Source of the DNA: an uncultured bacterium
GTDB lineage: Bacteria; Chloroflexota; UBA5177; JANWHV01
Direction of reading: 5' to 3'
NCBI GenBank assembly: GCA_963729625.1
Contig: CAVSOU010000010.1
Coordinates: 288,001-352,000, forward strand
Length of the DNA stretch: 64,000 bases
The translations under genes were made by a program, and so were the position numbers. A model generated the notes under the pieces. The model was not told where the DNA came from and did not search any database. It saw nothing but the letters and a program-made list of their open reading frames with translations. This document shows, piece after piece, positions 1 through 9,343 of this stretch (position 1 is its first letter; each line of letters opens with the position of its first letter).

Positions 1-1
1 G

Positions 2-469
2 GAGAAGGGTATGCGCGGACCCAAGGATCCCACCCGCGTGACGAAGCAAGGCCTGATCGAACTGTACAAACACGCGGGCGGCCAGCTTGGCGCGATGGTC
101 GAGCTTAACTGCGAGACGGACTTCGTCTCGAGAACGGACGATTTCCAGAAGCTCGCATACGAGGTCGCGCTCCAGGTCGCGGCCGTCGATCCAGAGTATA
201 TCGACCGCGATTCGGTGCCTCAAGCGGCCATCGACGCGCAAAAGGCCGCGTTTGCCGAACAGCTGGCGCTCGCGGGCACGTCGCAGGAGGACTTGCCTGC
301 CAAGCTTGAGGCGCGTCTCGCGGAGTGGCTCAAAGAAGTGGTGCTATTGGAACAGGCCTATGTTCGCGACCCGAAGCAGACCATCAATCAGCTGATACTC
401 GGCGTGGTGGCCAAGACGCGCGAGAATATTCGCGTCGGCCGATTCGCTCGTTTCAAGGTTGGAGAGTAG
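2..469 (+). CDS. tsf: Translation elongation factor Ts, short type (5' partial; runs off window start)
   Basis: ELNCETDFV motif and C-terminal [15 protein letters not shown]. The frame is open upstream of ATG 11 (E-K-G-M). Lies directly upstream of pyrH. Confidence 0.95.
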   Translation, partial: EKGMRGPKDPTRVTKQGLIELYKHAGGQLGAMVELNCETDFVSRTDDFQKLAYEVALQVAAVDPEYIDRDSVPQAAIDAQKAAFAEQLALAGTSQEDLPAKLEARLAEWLKEVVLLEQAYVRDPKQTINQLILGVVAKTRENIRVGRFARFKVGE

Positions 470-476
470 GCGGTCC

Positions 477-1202
477 ATGTATCATCGCGTCCTGCTCAAA
501 CTCAGTGGTGAAGCGCTGGTCGGACAGGTTGGCTACGGCATTGATCCTGTGGTCGTGCAGCGCATCGCACAGCAAGTGAGACGGGTTCGCGAGCTTGGTG
601 TGGAGCTGGCTGTCGTCGTGGGAGGTGGCAACATCTTCCGCGGCCTTGCAGCCAGCACCCTCGGCATGGATCGAGCGACAGCCGACTACATGGGCATGTT
701 GGCCACGGTGATGAACGCCCTGGCACTGAAGGATGCGCTTAGCCAGGTGGATGTCGATACGCGCGTGCAGACGGCTATTGCCATGAACGCGGTTGCAGAG
801 CCCTATATTCGGGGGCGCGCTATTCGTCACCTGGAGAAAGGGCGCGTGGTTATTCTCGCCGCGGGTACAGGCAACCCATATTTTACTACCGACACAGCAG
901 CAAGCCTTCGGGCCATCGAGTTGGACTGCGAAGTCCTGCTGAAGGCCACGAAGGTGGACGGTATTTACACGGCCGATCCAGCACTCGACATTACGGCGAC
1001 GCGATATGCCAAGCTCGACTACTTCACAGCTCTCGAACGTGAGCTTCAGGTCATGGACAGCACCGCGTTCGCGCTCTGCAAAGATAATAAGCTGCCGATC
1101 ATCGTGTTTAACCTCGCTGGACCGGATAACATCGAGCGCGCCGTCCGAGGTCTTGAAGTTGGGACCCTCGTGAGTGCGGGTGAACGACAGGGGAACGCCT
1201 GA
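477..1202 (+). CDS. pyrH: UMP kinase
   Basis: [32 protein letters not shown] and [13 protein letters not shown] motifs. ATG 477 preferred over TTG 459. Confidence 0.97.
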   Translation: MYHRVLLKLSGEALVGQVGYGIDPVVVQRIAQQVRRVRELGVELAVVVGGGNIFRGLAASTLGMDRATADYMGMLATVMNALALKDALSQVDVDTRVQTAIAMNAVAEPYIRGRAIRHLEKGRVVILAAGTGNPYFTTDTAASLRAIELDCEVLLKATKVDGIYTADPALDITATRYAKLDYFTALERELQVMDSTAFALCKDNKLPIIVFNLAGPDNIERAVRGLEVGTLVSAGERQGNA

Positions 1203-1387
1203 GGACTGCCACGCGGGACTTCCCCTGGCCGTAACCCGAAGCCCTCCGACGCAAGTCGACAACGACCGATCGCGGGCGCGCCGCGGCGGTCTACAATGGG
1301 ATCGCCCCCTGTCGGCACGGAGAGCAGCGCGGACCGCGGCAGCAACGGTACACTAGGGATTGTGCGGTTCAGTAGAGGAGCAGATCG

Positions 1388-1945
1388 GTGATTCAGGAAC
1401 TGCTTGACGAAGGCGAACGCCGTATGCGCAGGGCGATCGAGGTGTTAATCGAAGACTTCGCCACGGTGCGCACGGGTCGTGCGTCGACGTCGCTGCTCGA
1501 CAGTGTCCAGGTGATGTACTACGGTTCTCCGACTCCGCTGAATCAGCTCGCTTCGGTTACGGTCGGCGACGCGCGCACGCTGCTCATTACTGCGTATGAT
1601 CGGTCCGTGCTGCCTGAAATCGACAAGGCGATCCGCAAGGCCGATCTTGGCTTCAACCCGTCCAGCGATGGCACGTTGATGCGCGTTATCGTGCCTTCCT
1701 TGACCGAGGAGCGCCGTCGCGAGATGGTCAAGGTCGTGCACAAGAAACTGGAAGAGCACAAAGTTGCGGTACGCAATGTCCGACGTGAAGTCCACGATAA
1801 GCTCAAGGCGCTTGAGAAGGACAAGTCCGCTTCGGCCGACGACGTACGGCGTGCCGCAGAACGGCTTCAGAAGATCACAGACCATGCAGTGGCCGAAATG
1901 GATCAACTGGGCGCGCACAAAGAGGCAGATGTGCTGGCTGTCTGA
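1388..1945 (+). CDS. frr: Ribosome recycling factor
   Basis: VRTGRAS, YYGSPTPLNQLA, LTEERRREMVK and VRNVRR motifs. RBS AGAGGAG precedes the GTG. Confidence 0.97.
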   Translation: MIQELLDEGERRMRRAIEVLIEDFATVRTGRASTSLLDSVQVMYYGSPTPLNQLASVTVGDARTLLITAYDRSVLPEIDKAIRKADLGFNPSSDGTLMRVIVPSLTEERRREMVKVVHKKLEEHKVAVRNVRREVHDKLKALEKDKSASADDVRRAAERLQKITDHAVAEMDQLGAHKEADVLAV

Positions 1946-2081
1946 GTTGGCGCGAGCGATGGCCGACGCCGGTCTGCGCCAGATGCCGATCGCTGGTTCG
2001 CGTTGGCGGGCGACGAACCGGACGACTGTAACGCCGCGGCCAGTCCGTCACGCGGGTTGATGCCGAGATGGGATCCAGTGG

Positions 2082-2894
2082 ATGGCAACAGGCGAGGAAA
2101 CGGCAGTGACTGCTACCGACGCCTCGCCTGGAGTCGACCAATCGGGCGCCCGCCGGTGGGCGGACTCGCCGACCGACGCGCCCGAGTCGGCTGATTCTCG
2201 CCAACTGACTCACATACCCCAGCATGTCGCGATCATCATGGACGGAAACGGTCGCTGGGCGCAGTCGCGGAACCTGCCGCGACTGGAAGGCCACCGGGCG
2301 GGCATGGACAACCTCCACAGGATCGTCCCGTGTGCAATCGACCTGGGAATCAGGGTACTCACAATCTACGCGTTCTCGACGGAGAACTGGGGGCGACCCC
2401 GTGATGAAGTGAGTGGGCTGATGCGACTGTTCGCGCTGGCCAGTCGGCGTGACGCGCAGCGATTGCATCGCAATGGAGTGCGCGTACTCCATGTGGGATC
2501 CTTCGACGGCGTGAGCAAATCTCTGGAGAAAGCGATACGCGGCGCCGTCGAGCTCACCAGGAGCAATACGCGTCTCACGCTCAACGTCGCCTTCAACTAT
2601 GGAGGCAGAGCAGAAATCGTGCACGCCGTGCAAGAGCTGATCCGGGCGGGGGCAGGACCCGAGCAAGTAACCGAGGATGCTATCTCCGGGCGCCTGTACA
2701 CGGCAGGGCTACCGGATCCGGATATGATCATCAGGACCGCGGGAGAGATGAGGCTTTCCAACTTCCTGCTGTGGCAGTCTGCCTACAGCGAGTACTACTC
2801 CAGCCCAAAGTACTGGCCCGAGTTTGGCCCCGAAGAGCTCAATGCCGCCATCGAGACATTTGCCGGGCGCAAACGCAAGTATGGCCGGTTGTAG
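2082..2894 (+). CDS. uppS: Undecaprenyl/polyprenyl diphosphate synthase
   Basis: HVAIIMDGNGRWA, YAFSTENWGRP, NYGGRAEI and IRTAGEMRLSNFLLWQ motifs. Confidence 0.96.
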   Translation: MATGEETAVTATDASPGVDQSGARRWADSPTDAPESADSRQLTHIPQHVAIIMDGNGRWAQSRNLPRLEGHRAGMDNLHRIVPCAIDLGIRVLTIYAFSTENWGRPRDEVSGLMRLFALASRRDAQRLHRNGVRVLHVGSFDGVSKSLEKAIRGAVELTRSNTRLTLNVAFNYGGRAEIVHAVQELIRAGAGPEQVTEDAISGRLYTAGLPDPDMIIRTAGEMRLSNFLLWQSAYSEYYSSPKYWPEFGPEELNAAIETFAGRKRKYGRL

Positions 2895-2900
2895 GCCCTC

Positions 2901-3710
2901 ATGATGCGTCGTGTCCTGAGCGCCTCCGTGCTCGCACCGATCGCGGTTGCACTTGTCGTACTCGGCGGGTTTCCTTTTCTGGTAGGCGTGCTCGCCATGT
3001 GTTTGATCGCGCTCTGGGAGCTGACCGGATTGCTCTCAGCCGCCGCGGCAAGCGCGCTAGCAAACAGGGCCTGGCGCTATGTGACGCTGGCAGCGGGAGG
3101 CGCGGTGCTTGCCGGCGTCTACTATGACCATTTCCGCAGCGGCACTGCTCAGGTTGCCGCCGCAACCCTGCTTATCGGCAGCCTTGCCACGCTCGTGTTC
3201 GGCGGTGCACCGGCCAAGCGCGTTCTGGCATGGGCAGCCGGCGCGGCAAGCATCGTCTACATCTGCGGTCTCGGATTGCACTTCATCCTGCTTCGCGAGA
3301 CGACTCGGGGCCTGACGTGGACATTGCTCGCCTGCCTCATCACCTGGTGCACCGATATCGGCGGCCTCTTCTGCGGCAAATACTTCGGCACTCACCCGTT
3401 CTTCCCGTCCATCAGCCCAAAGAAGACAATCGAGGGCGCCATAGGCGGCCTGCTCGCCGCGATGATCGTCGCGGTGCCCGTCCTGGCGCTTGGTGACCTG
3501 CACGTGCGGTTGGCGCTGGCTCCGCTCATTGGAGTGTCGGTCGGCGCCTTTGCTCAGGTTGGAGATCTGGTGGAGTCGCTTGTCAAACGCGAGGCAGGCG
3601 CTAAGGACTCGGGCACTATCATACCCGGCCACGGTGGGATGCTCGATCGCATAGATAGCCTCCTGTTTGCCATCGCCGTGACATACTACTGGAGACTGCT
3701 CTTCCCGTGA
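2901..3710 (+). CDS. cdsA: Phosphatidate cytidylyltransferase
   Basis: Multi-TM protein with ISPKKTIEG and GDLVESLVKR..KDSG..IPGHGGMLDRIDS motifs. Confidence 0.95.
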   Translation: MMRRVLSASVLAPIAVALVVLGGFPFLVGVLAMCLIALWELTGLLSAAAASALANRAWRYVTLAAGGAVLAGVYYDHFRSGTAQVAAATLLIGSLATLVFGGAPAKRVLAWAAGAASIVYICGLGLHFILLRETTRGLTWTLLACLITWCTDIGGLFCGKYFGTHPFFPSISPKKTIEGAIGGLLAAMIVAVPVLALGDLHVRLALAPLIGVSVGAFAQVGDLVESLVKREAGAKDSGTIIPGHGGMLDRIDSLLFAIAVTYYWRLLFP

Positions 3711-4852
3711 AGCGCATCGTGATTCTCGGCAGCACCGGCTCGATAGGCGTGCAGACGCTCGATGTCGTTCGCAGGTTCCCGGATCGTCTGCAGGTCATTG
3801 GCATTGCCGCGCGCAGGCACGAGCTGCTGGCGCAACAGGTCCGTGAATTCTCTGTCCCTGTCGTGAGTGCGGGCATTGAAGCGCACCAGGCAGAGTTCCC
3901 GCCCGGCACGGCAATCCTGCATGACGTACGTGCCCTCGAGACTCTTGCTACCCTGCCCGATGCGGACGTCATCGTGGTCGCCACCGTCGGCCGCGCCGGA
4001 CTCCTGGCTACGATTGCCGCACTGCGGGCGGGAAAGCGAGTCGCGCTGGCCAATAAGGAAGTGCTGGTCATGGCAGGTGAGCTTGTGCAGCGCACCGCCC
4101 GCGAGCACGGGGGGATGCTGCTGCCGGTGGATAGCGAGCACAGCGCGATCTGGCAATGCCTGCTTGGCGAGGATTACACGACGATCGAGCAGATCATTCT
4201 CACAGCCTCCGGTGGCGCCCTTCGCGACGTTCCAATCGACGCGTTGGGTTCAGTTTCTCCTGAAGACGCGTTGCGGCACCCGACGTGGAAGATGGGCAAG
4301 AAGGTCACCATCGACTCAGCGACCCTGATGAACAAGGGCCTGGAAGTAATCGAAGCGCACTGGCTTTTCGATTGTGCCTACAAGCGCATTCGCATCGCGC
4401 TTCATCCCACGAGCGCGGTTCATTCTTTGGTGCAGTTCACCGACGGATCTGTTAAGGCTCAGCTTGGCCGAACCGATATGCGGGTGCCGATCCAGTTTGC
4501 GCTCAGTTACCCGGAGCGGTGGCCGTATCCTGAGATGAGACTCGACATAACGTCGATTGGCCCGCTGCAATTCATGGAGCCGGAGTGGGAGAGATATCCA
4601 TGTCTGCGTCTCGCGATAGAAGCGGGGCGACGCGGCGGAACCTATCCTGCCGCACTGTGCGCCGCCGACGAGGTTGCGGTAGACCTTTTCATCGCCGGCA
4701 CCATACCGCTCACCGCCATTGCTTCGCTTGTCGAAGAGGTCCTGGACGCGCACGTCAGCATCGCCGCGCCTTCACTCGACGACGTGCTTGCAGCCGACGA
4801 ATGGGCACGCGCCCGGTGTCGGACGCTCTTCACGGCCATGACCTGGCAGTAG
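3707..4852 (+). CDS. dxr: 1-deoxy-D-xylulose 5-phosphate reductoisomerase
   Basis: LGSTGSIG, LANKE, PVDSEHSAI, HPTWKMGKKVTIDSATLMNKGLEVIEA motifs. Confidence 0.97.
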   Translation: MKRIVILGSTGSIGVQTLDVVRRFPDRLQVIGIAARRHELLAQQVREFSVPVVSAGIEAHQAEFPPGTAILHDVRALETLATLPDADVIVVATVGRAGLLATIAALRAGKRVALANKEVLVMAGELVQRTAREHGGMLLPVDSEHSAIWQCLLGEDYTTIEQIILTASGGALRDVPIDALGSVSPEDALRHPTWKMGKKVTIDSATLMNKGLEVIEAHWLFDCAYKRIRIALHPTSAVHSLVQFTDGSVKAQLGRTDMRVPIQFALSYPERWPYPEMRLDITSIGPLQFMEPEWERYPCLRLAIEAGRRGGTYPAALCAADEVAVDLFIAGTIPLTAIASLVEEVLDAHVSIAAPSLDDVLAADEWARARCRTLFTAMTWQ

Positions 4853-4858
4853 GCGACG

Positions 4859-5899
4859 ATGACCGCGTTCGTCGACATCGCCTCCTTCGTCGTCCTGCTG
4901 TTCGTGCTGGTGGGCGTCCATGAGCTCGGTCACTTCAGCGCTGCCAAGTTGTTTGGCATCCGGGTGGAGGAGTTCGGTTTTGGCTTTCCGCCGCGCGTCT
5001 GGGGCAGGCGGCGCGGGGAGACGCTCTACAGCATCAACGCGATCCCGTTGGGTGGATTTGTCCGGCTTGCCGGCGAGAACGGGGACGTACAAGGACCCTG
5101 GAGCTTCGCAGCCAAGCCGGCGTGGCAGCGATCGATCGTCCTCGCCGCCGGTGCAGTGATGAACCTGCTGCTGGCCTTCGTGCTGTTCTTCCTCGTGTAC
5201 ACGGTGGCGCCGATACCGTTCGACCAGCCGCGCGTGACGTCCGTGCAGCCGCATTCGCCGGCCGCCGTGGCACTGCGGCGCGGCGATCTGATAACGGCAG
5301 TCAATGGCACCGGAGTTACCACTCAGAGCGATGTCCAGGACCAGGTTGCGTGCTCCGCGGGCAGGCCCACCGTGCTCTCGATCGACCGCGAGGGGCGGCG
5401 CATCCAGGTGACCGTCGTGCCGAGGGTCAACCCGCCTCCCGGACAAGGCAGGGTCGGCTTCTGGGGGACAATCGCGTGGACGGGCACCGACGGATGGAGC
5501 GCGCTCCGCAACACGCTCGGCCAGCCGGGCGTCTTCGTGAGCAACGTCGCCGGCCTGTTTGCCGCGCACAGGTGCAACCCGCAGGATAGTGGCGTGACAG
5601 GCCCGGTGGGCATTGCGCGCGCCACCGGCGATGCCACCAACGCAGTCACCGATCTCGGCGCCGGGCCAGTGCTCTATCTCGCAGCCGTCGTCAGCATGAA
5701 CCTGGCCTTTGTCAACATCCTGCCGCTTCCGGCGCTGGACGGAGGCCGCCTCGTCTTCGTGTGGATCGGCGTCGCTCGCAGGCGCCGCATCAATCCAAAG
5801 GTCGAAGCGATCGTCCACCTGGTCGGCTTCGCGCTGCTCCTGCTTCTGGTGCTGATCGTCAGCTTCCACGATATCAGCATCTGGCTGGGCGGCAAGTAG
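4859..5899 (+). CDS. rseP: RIP metalloprotease, M50 family with PDZ domain
   Basis: HELGH zinc motif, IPLGGFVRL, PDZ-like segment, NILPLPALDGG. Conserved position after dxr. Confidence 0.93.
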   Translation: MTAFVDIASFVVLLFVLVGVHELGHFSAAKLFGIRVEEFGFGFPPRVWGRRRGETLYSINAIPLGGFVRLAGENGDVQGPWSFAAKPAWQRSIVLAAGAVMNLLLAFVLFFLVYTVAPIPFDQPRVTSVQPHSPAAVALRRGDLITAVNGTGVTTQSDVQDQVACSAGRPTVLSIDREGRRIQVTVVPRVNPPPGQGRVGFWGTIAWTGTDGWSALRNTLGQPGVFVSNVAGLFAAHRCNPQDSGVTGPVGIARATGDATNAVTDLGAGPVLYLAAVVSMNLAFVNILPLPALDGGRLVFVWIGVARRRRINPKVEAIVHLVGFALLLLLVLIVSFHDISIWLGGK

Positions 5900-5914
5900 C
5901 GCCCGGCACGGTAG

Positions 5915-5942
5915 ACTTCACATAACCTAGATTATCGGAAGT
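5915..5942 (-). other. dif-like XerC/XerD recombination site (28 bp)
   Basis: Minus strand reads ACTTCCGATAA-TCTAGG-TTATGTGAAGT, an 11-6-11 layout. Each arm matches the B. subtilis dif arms (ACTTCCTAGAA / TTATGTAAACT) at 9/11. The site is intergenic. Confidence 0.8.
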
Positions 5943-6039
5943 TGCGTCGGGAACCGTTCCGTGACTGCCGCTTCTATTCGGACAACATTATCGGAAGTTG
6001 CACCGGGACCCGGCTTCGTGAGTAGAACGGCTATTCGGA
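5931..6039. repeat. Degenerate tandem duplication (about 56-57 bp unit) containing the XerC arm
   Basis: ATTATCGGAAGTTGC occurs at 5931-5945 and 5987-6001. Both copies are followed by CGGGA.CCG, CGTGA and CTATTCGGA in register. Confidence 0.8.
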
Positions 6040-6584
6040 AGCGCCAAACGCGATGACGTTGAGCGTGACCTCAGAGGCAAGGTGGCCGACATGATTCACC
6101 AGTATCTCGGCCTGCCAGGAGCCTGCCTGCCGGGTCACCGTTACGGCTACCGTCGGCTCCGCCCGCTCTCCGGCGCCATGGTAGTTGTCAGAGGCTGACG
6201 CCAGCACCGCGGGCGGTTCCTCGCCGCAGAAGCTTCCATCCATGTCCCACGCGTATCGGGCCCAGTGGTAACCGTCGCCGCGCTGGGGTACGACGGTCAC
6301 GCGCGTCGAGACCAGCGTCGGAGACGCTATCCGGCGAGCGCGAACGACCCCCGACGCCGATGCGGCTCGCGCCGCTCCCGTCGCGGCGGGCGCGAGGAGG
6401 CCGGTCCCTGCGAGCGCGCCGAGCAGACCGGCGCCCCTACCAGCAGGCCACGGCGACTGCGTACTCTTCTGGCATCCGGCACTGTCGGTCTGGACTCCCA
6501 TGCCCCGCGCAGGCGCGCGTTCTCAGATTCCAGGATGGCCACGCGCTCGGCGAGCGCCGCGACAGTCTGCTCCAGCTCGGTCAT
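6031..6584 (-). pseudogene. Hypothetical protein with N-terminal coiled coil and twin-arginine-like signal; frameshifted at a C4 run (6434-6437)
   Basis: ATG 6584 with RBS AGAAGGAG gives MTELEQTVAALAERVAILESENARLR...RSRRGLLVG. Adding one G joins it to the 6031..6501 frame (GAGLLGALAGTGLLAPAA...). Could be a sequencing error. Confidence 0.65.
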
Positions 6585-6929
6585 CTGGCGCTCCTTCTGA
6601 ACTTGCCGGCCGAGAGCCTGCCAGACCTTATCGGACCTGGCAAATAGACGACCGAGTTGATCGTGTGGCCCTCCATCGCAGCCTTGAAGCCGGCCTCCCA
6701 AGCCACCTGCGCCTACGCTCTCTGGCTGGAAATGAAGGACTAACTTGCACCGCATTCGCCGTACAGTCTCGATTATTTGCCTAGTATAGGTCCGCGGCCG
6801 AATCGCCGCCATTGGTAGCCGCACCACTGGGCAACGGCTCGCCGCTTGTATGCCGTCCATCTGAAACGTATACTTGATGGCGATTCACACTGATGGTGGC
6901 TTGTACGTAGCAGCGTTTGGAGCAGCTAC

Positions 6930-7421
6930 ATGCAACGGGGCGCGCTTCAAGGCTATCAGCAAATGCTGGGCGCGATTGGCAGGTATCTCGATCAGCACGC
7001 CTTCGAGGACATTCTGTTGTGTGAACTCGGGGATGGCTTCGTCGGCAGAGTGCTGCAGGAGGGGAGGCTGGTCGCTGCGATACCGTTTCAGGCGAGCGAC
7101 CTGGCAGGCATGGTTCGTGCCGCCGCGGAGGATGGTTTGCGATCGAAGAGCAGTCCTCCAGTTGCTCCGACGCAGAACGGATCGTATATTCGACGCACGC
7201 TTGGCAGCTATCGCGATTTCCTGACCGCGCTCGGCCATCAGCTTGATCGGGTCGAGGCCGCGTCGATCATCGTTGCTGAGCTCGCGGACACCGTACTCGT
7301 CGTGTACAGGCGCCCCGTCGGGCCATATGACTCCGGGTCGGCCGCGGCGTGCGAGTACCTCTATGACGGCGACGGTATTCGCAAGTTGATGGCTGCCAGC
7401 GCGTCAAGCCTCCGGCCGTGA
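6930..7421 (+). CDS. Hypothetical protein with an internal two-domain repeat
   Basis: RBS GGAG and normal composition. GYQQMLGAIGRYLD..ILLCELGDG resembles SYRDFLTALGHQLD..IIVAELADT. Confidence 0.75.
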   Translation: MQRGALQGYQQMLGAIGRYLDQHAFEDILLCELGDGFVGRVLQEGRLVAAIPFQASDLAGMVRAAAEDGLRSKSSPPVAPTQNGSYIRRTLGSYRDFLTALGHQLDRVEAASIIVAELADTVLVVYRRPVGPYDSGSAAACEYLYDGDGIRKLMAASASSLRP

Positions 7422-7457
7422 GGCCACGTCTCCTGTCACATTGAGGGCCGCGCGCCA

Positions 7458-7485
7458 TTGACAGGGCCCGGCTCCGGGTTATGAT
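7458..7485 (+). promoter_or_regulatory. Sigma70-type promoter of the aminotransferase gene
   Basis: TTGACA-N16-TATGAT, followed by RBS GGGAGG. Confidence 0.6.
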
Positions 7486-7508
7486 CAGTGCGGGAGGCAC
7501 AATTCGGC

Positions 7509-8699
7509 ATGAAGATCAGCGCACGGCTCGCGGCGATCGCGCCGTCAGCCACGATGGCGATCGACACTCGCCAAAGGGCTATGAAGCGCGAGGGTCACCC
7601 TGTCATCTCGTTCGGCGCCGGCGAGCCAGACTTCCCGACGCCCGCGGCGACCGCGGCAGCAGGGATATCGGCCATCGAAGCGGGCTACACCAAGTACACC
7701 GCCGTGAGCGGTATCCCTGAGCTGCGCGAGGCAATCGCCGCGCGGCTCAGGGCCGAGCAAGGACTGCAATACAGCGCGCAGCAGATAACGATCACGACCG
7801 GAGCGAAAGCCGCGCTGTTTCACGCCTTTCAAGCGTTGATAGATCCCGGTGACGAAGTTGTCATTCCCGCTCCGTATTGGGTGAGCTATGAGGCGCAGGT
7901 ACTGCTCGCGGGTGGACTTCCTGTTATCGTGCCAACCGCCGAGCAAAACAGCTTCAAGCTCGATCCAGACTCACTCCGGAGGAGCCTGTCGGCCAAGACT
8001 CGCCTCCTCGTCCTCAATTCTCCGTGCAACCCGACCGGTTCCGTCTACTCGGCGAATGAACTTCGGGCGCTCGGAGCCGTGTTGTTCGATAGCGAAATCG
8101 GTGTGGTGAGCGACGAGATTTACCAGCGCATTAGTTACGATGGGCCAAGCGCGAGCTTCGCTTCCTGCGTGCCTGAGCTGGCAGACCGCACGATTCTGAT
8201 AAATGGGGCTTCAAAGTCATACAGTATGACGGGCTGGAGAATAGGTTTCGCAGCTGGACCAACGGACATTATCGAAGCCATGAACAGCATTCAGAGTCAC
8301 AGCACGTCCAATGCAAGTACGGTCTCCCAGTACGCGGCGCTCGAGGCTTTCAGTGGCCCGCAGACGGAAGTTGCCAGGATGTGCGAGGCGTTCAAGGAAC
8401 GCCGCGACATGATGGTGGGCTTGCTCAACGATATTCCGGGATTTCGCTGCTCCCTCCCATCTGGGGCGTTCTATGCGTTTCCCAATGTCGCAGGAGTGCT
8501 CGGCCGGACTTACGGATCGAGTGTGGTCGATACGTCGATGGAACTGGCGGCATATCTGCTTGAGCGTGTCTATGTCGCCACAGTGCCGGGCGAGGCCTTT
8601 GGCGCGCCAGGCTATCTTCGGCTCTCGTATGCATGCGGCACACCCGCGATTCAGGAGGGCATCGGCAGAATTCATCAGACATTGGCCGGCGCGCTCTAG
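7509..8699 (+). CDS. aspC: PLP-dependent class I aminotransferase (aspartate aminotransferase type)
   Basis: GAGEPDFPTP, NSPCNPTG, SDEIY, SKSYSMTGWRIG (PLP lysine), YLRLSYA. Confidence 0.9.
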   Translation: MKISARLAAIAPSATMAIDTRQRAMKREGHPVISFGAGEPDFPTPAATAAAGISAIEAGYTKYTAVSGIPELREAIAARLRAEQGLQYSAQQITITTGAKAALFHAFQALIDPGDEVVIPAPYWVSYEAQVLLAGGLPVIVPTAEQNSFKLDPDSLRRSLSAKTRLLVLNSPCNPTGSVYSANELRALGAVLFDSEIGVVSDEIYQRISYDGPSASFASCVPELADRTILINGASKSYSMTGWRIGFAAGPTDIIEAMNSIQSHSTSNASTVSQYAALEAFSGPQTEVARMCEAFKERRDMMVGLLNDIPGFRCSLPSGAFYAFPNVAGVLGRTYGSSVVDTSMELAAYLLERVYVATVPGEAFGAPGYLRLSYACGTPAIQEGIGRIHQTLAGAL

Positions 8700-8829
8700 C
8701 GCTCCGGACGGCGTCATGCTTGCAGTCGCGTTGGCTGCAAGTTCGGCACAGGTCTGCATCGGAGAGTCCGGCCGGGCACTATACACAGTGGCTGACTAGG
8801 CGAAAGCTGTCAAGGGAGGGCAGAGTATC

Positions 8830-9312
8830 GTGCCCTGGTTCGTGTGGCTTGTCATAGCGGTGATAGCGCTGGCGGGAGAAACCGTAAGCACGGCCTTCGC
8901 GCTCGTCTACGTGGGGGTTGCGGCCGCAGTGACGGCAGTGTTGGCTGCGCTCGGACTGCCGTTTATTCTGCAGATCGGCGTGTTCATTCCGCTCACAATC
9001 GCACTTCTCACTCTTGTGCGCCCAAAGAGTCTCGAATTGCTTCACGGTCATGCGCCGCATCGCCAGCTCACGACACAATCCGCGATGGTTCACCGCATGG
9101 CGGTGGTTGAACAGGAGGTTTCCGACACTGGCGGAATGGTGCGTATTGGCAGCGGGGAATTCTGGAGTGCGAGGGTATACCCGCCCGGATCGTCAATCCC
9201 GGCGGGGTCGAACGTACGTATCATGTTTGTAGATGGGCTCACGGTTCATGTGAGTCTGCCAAAGGCAGACGCGGATGGCCGCGACTCGAGCGAAGGCTTG
9301 GAAGAGCTGTGA
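8830..9312 (+). CDS. NfeD family membrane protein (short form)
   Basis: N-terminal TM helices, then an OB-like segment GMVRIGSGEFWSAR..VDGLTVHV. Adjacent to an SPFH gene. Confidence 0.88.
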   Translation: MPWFVWLVIAVIALAGETVSTAFALVYVGVAAAVTAVLAALGLPFILQIGVFIPLTIALLTLVRPKSLELLHGHAPHRQLTTQSAMVHRMAVVEQEVSDTGGMVRIGSGEFWSARVYPPGSSIPAGSNVRIMFVDGLTVHVSLPKADADGRDSSEGLEEL

Positions 9313-9343
9313 GCGCGGACAACTGAAGAAGGGAGTTATGCCG

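Noticed and set aside
5931-6001. 15-bp direct repeat with a 41-bp gap as a mini-CRISPR
   Set aside because: There are only two short copies, the 'spacers' resemble each other, and no cas genes are present. A dif arm duplication explains it better.
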